Below are positions 63,901-64,000 of a DNA stretch of 64,000 nt, one piece after another (the first letter of the stretch is position 1; each line of letters begins with the position of its first letter). The notes under the pieces were generated by a model. That model ran no database searches. It had not been told where the DNA came from and saw only the letters and a program-made list of their open reading frames with translations. Made by a program: the position numbers and the translations under genes. Origin of the DNA: Octopus vulgaris. Its lineage: Eukaryota. The stretch covers positions 36,332,001-36,396,000 of the forward strand of contig OX597832.1 in assembly GCA_951406725.2 (NCBI GenBank), in the 5' to 3' direction.

Positions 63901-64000
63901 AGATCTGTAGATCCTTTGTGAAAGTGGCCAACAAAGAAAAGATTATTATTATTATTATTTATTCTTTATGAATTGTGTAACTCTTCCTTTCATTTGCATA

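Overview
AT-rich, repeat-saturated eukaryotic DNA (intronic or intergenic). The repeat families look like those I associate with Octopus/coleoid cephalopod genomes (inference, no search run). I found no convincing protein-coding gene, tRNA/rRNA gene or CRISPR array. Almost all ORFs in the track are microsatellite translations or decayed transposon fragments. The window contains: (i) about 40 copies or fragments of three or four tRNA-derived SINE families (working labels SINE-A, -B, -C, -T); (ii) 3'-end fragments of several RTE-clade LINE families, one with a long internally repeated 3' UTR and (GAT)n tail (label RTE-D); (iii) DNA-transposon relics (mariner, DD37D/maT, hAT, TTAA-flanked MITEs, possible Helitron ends); (iv) many micro- and minisatellites. 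The most interesting signals are a type I hammerhead-like fold with an apparent compensatory U3-A8 core inside a (TA)n-flanked element (53641-53713, minus strand); a three-block non-coding module with TCF- and forkhead-like sites that recurs 3.1 kb apart with fixed spacing (40327 and 43469); perfect fold-back inverted duplications anchored on (TA)n tracts (4819-4989, 14089-14270); and two RTE copies with head-to-head 5' inversions. Coordinates of decayed repeats are approximate.
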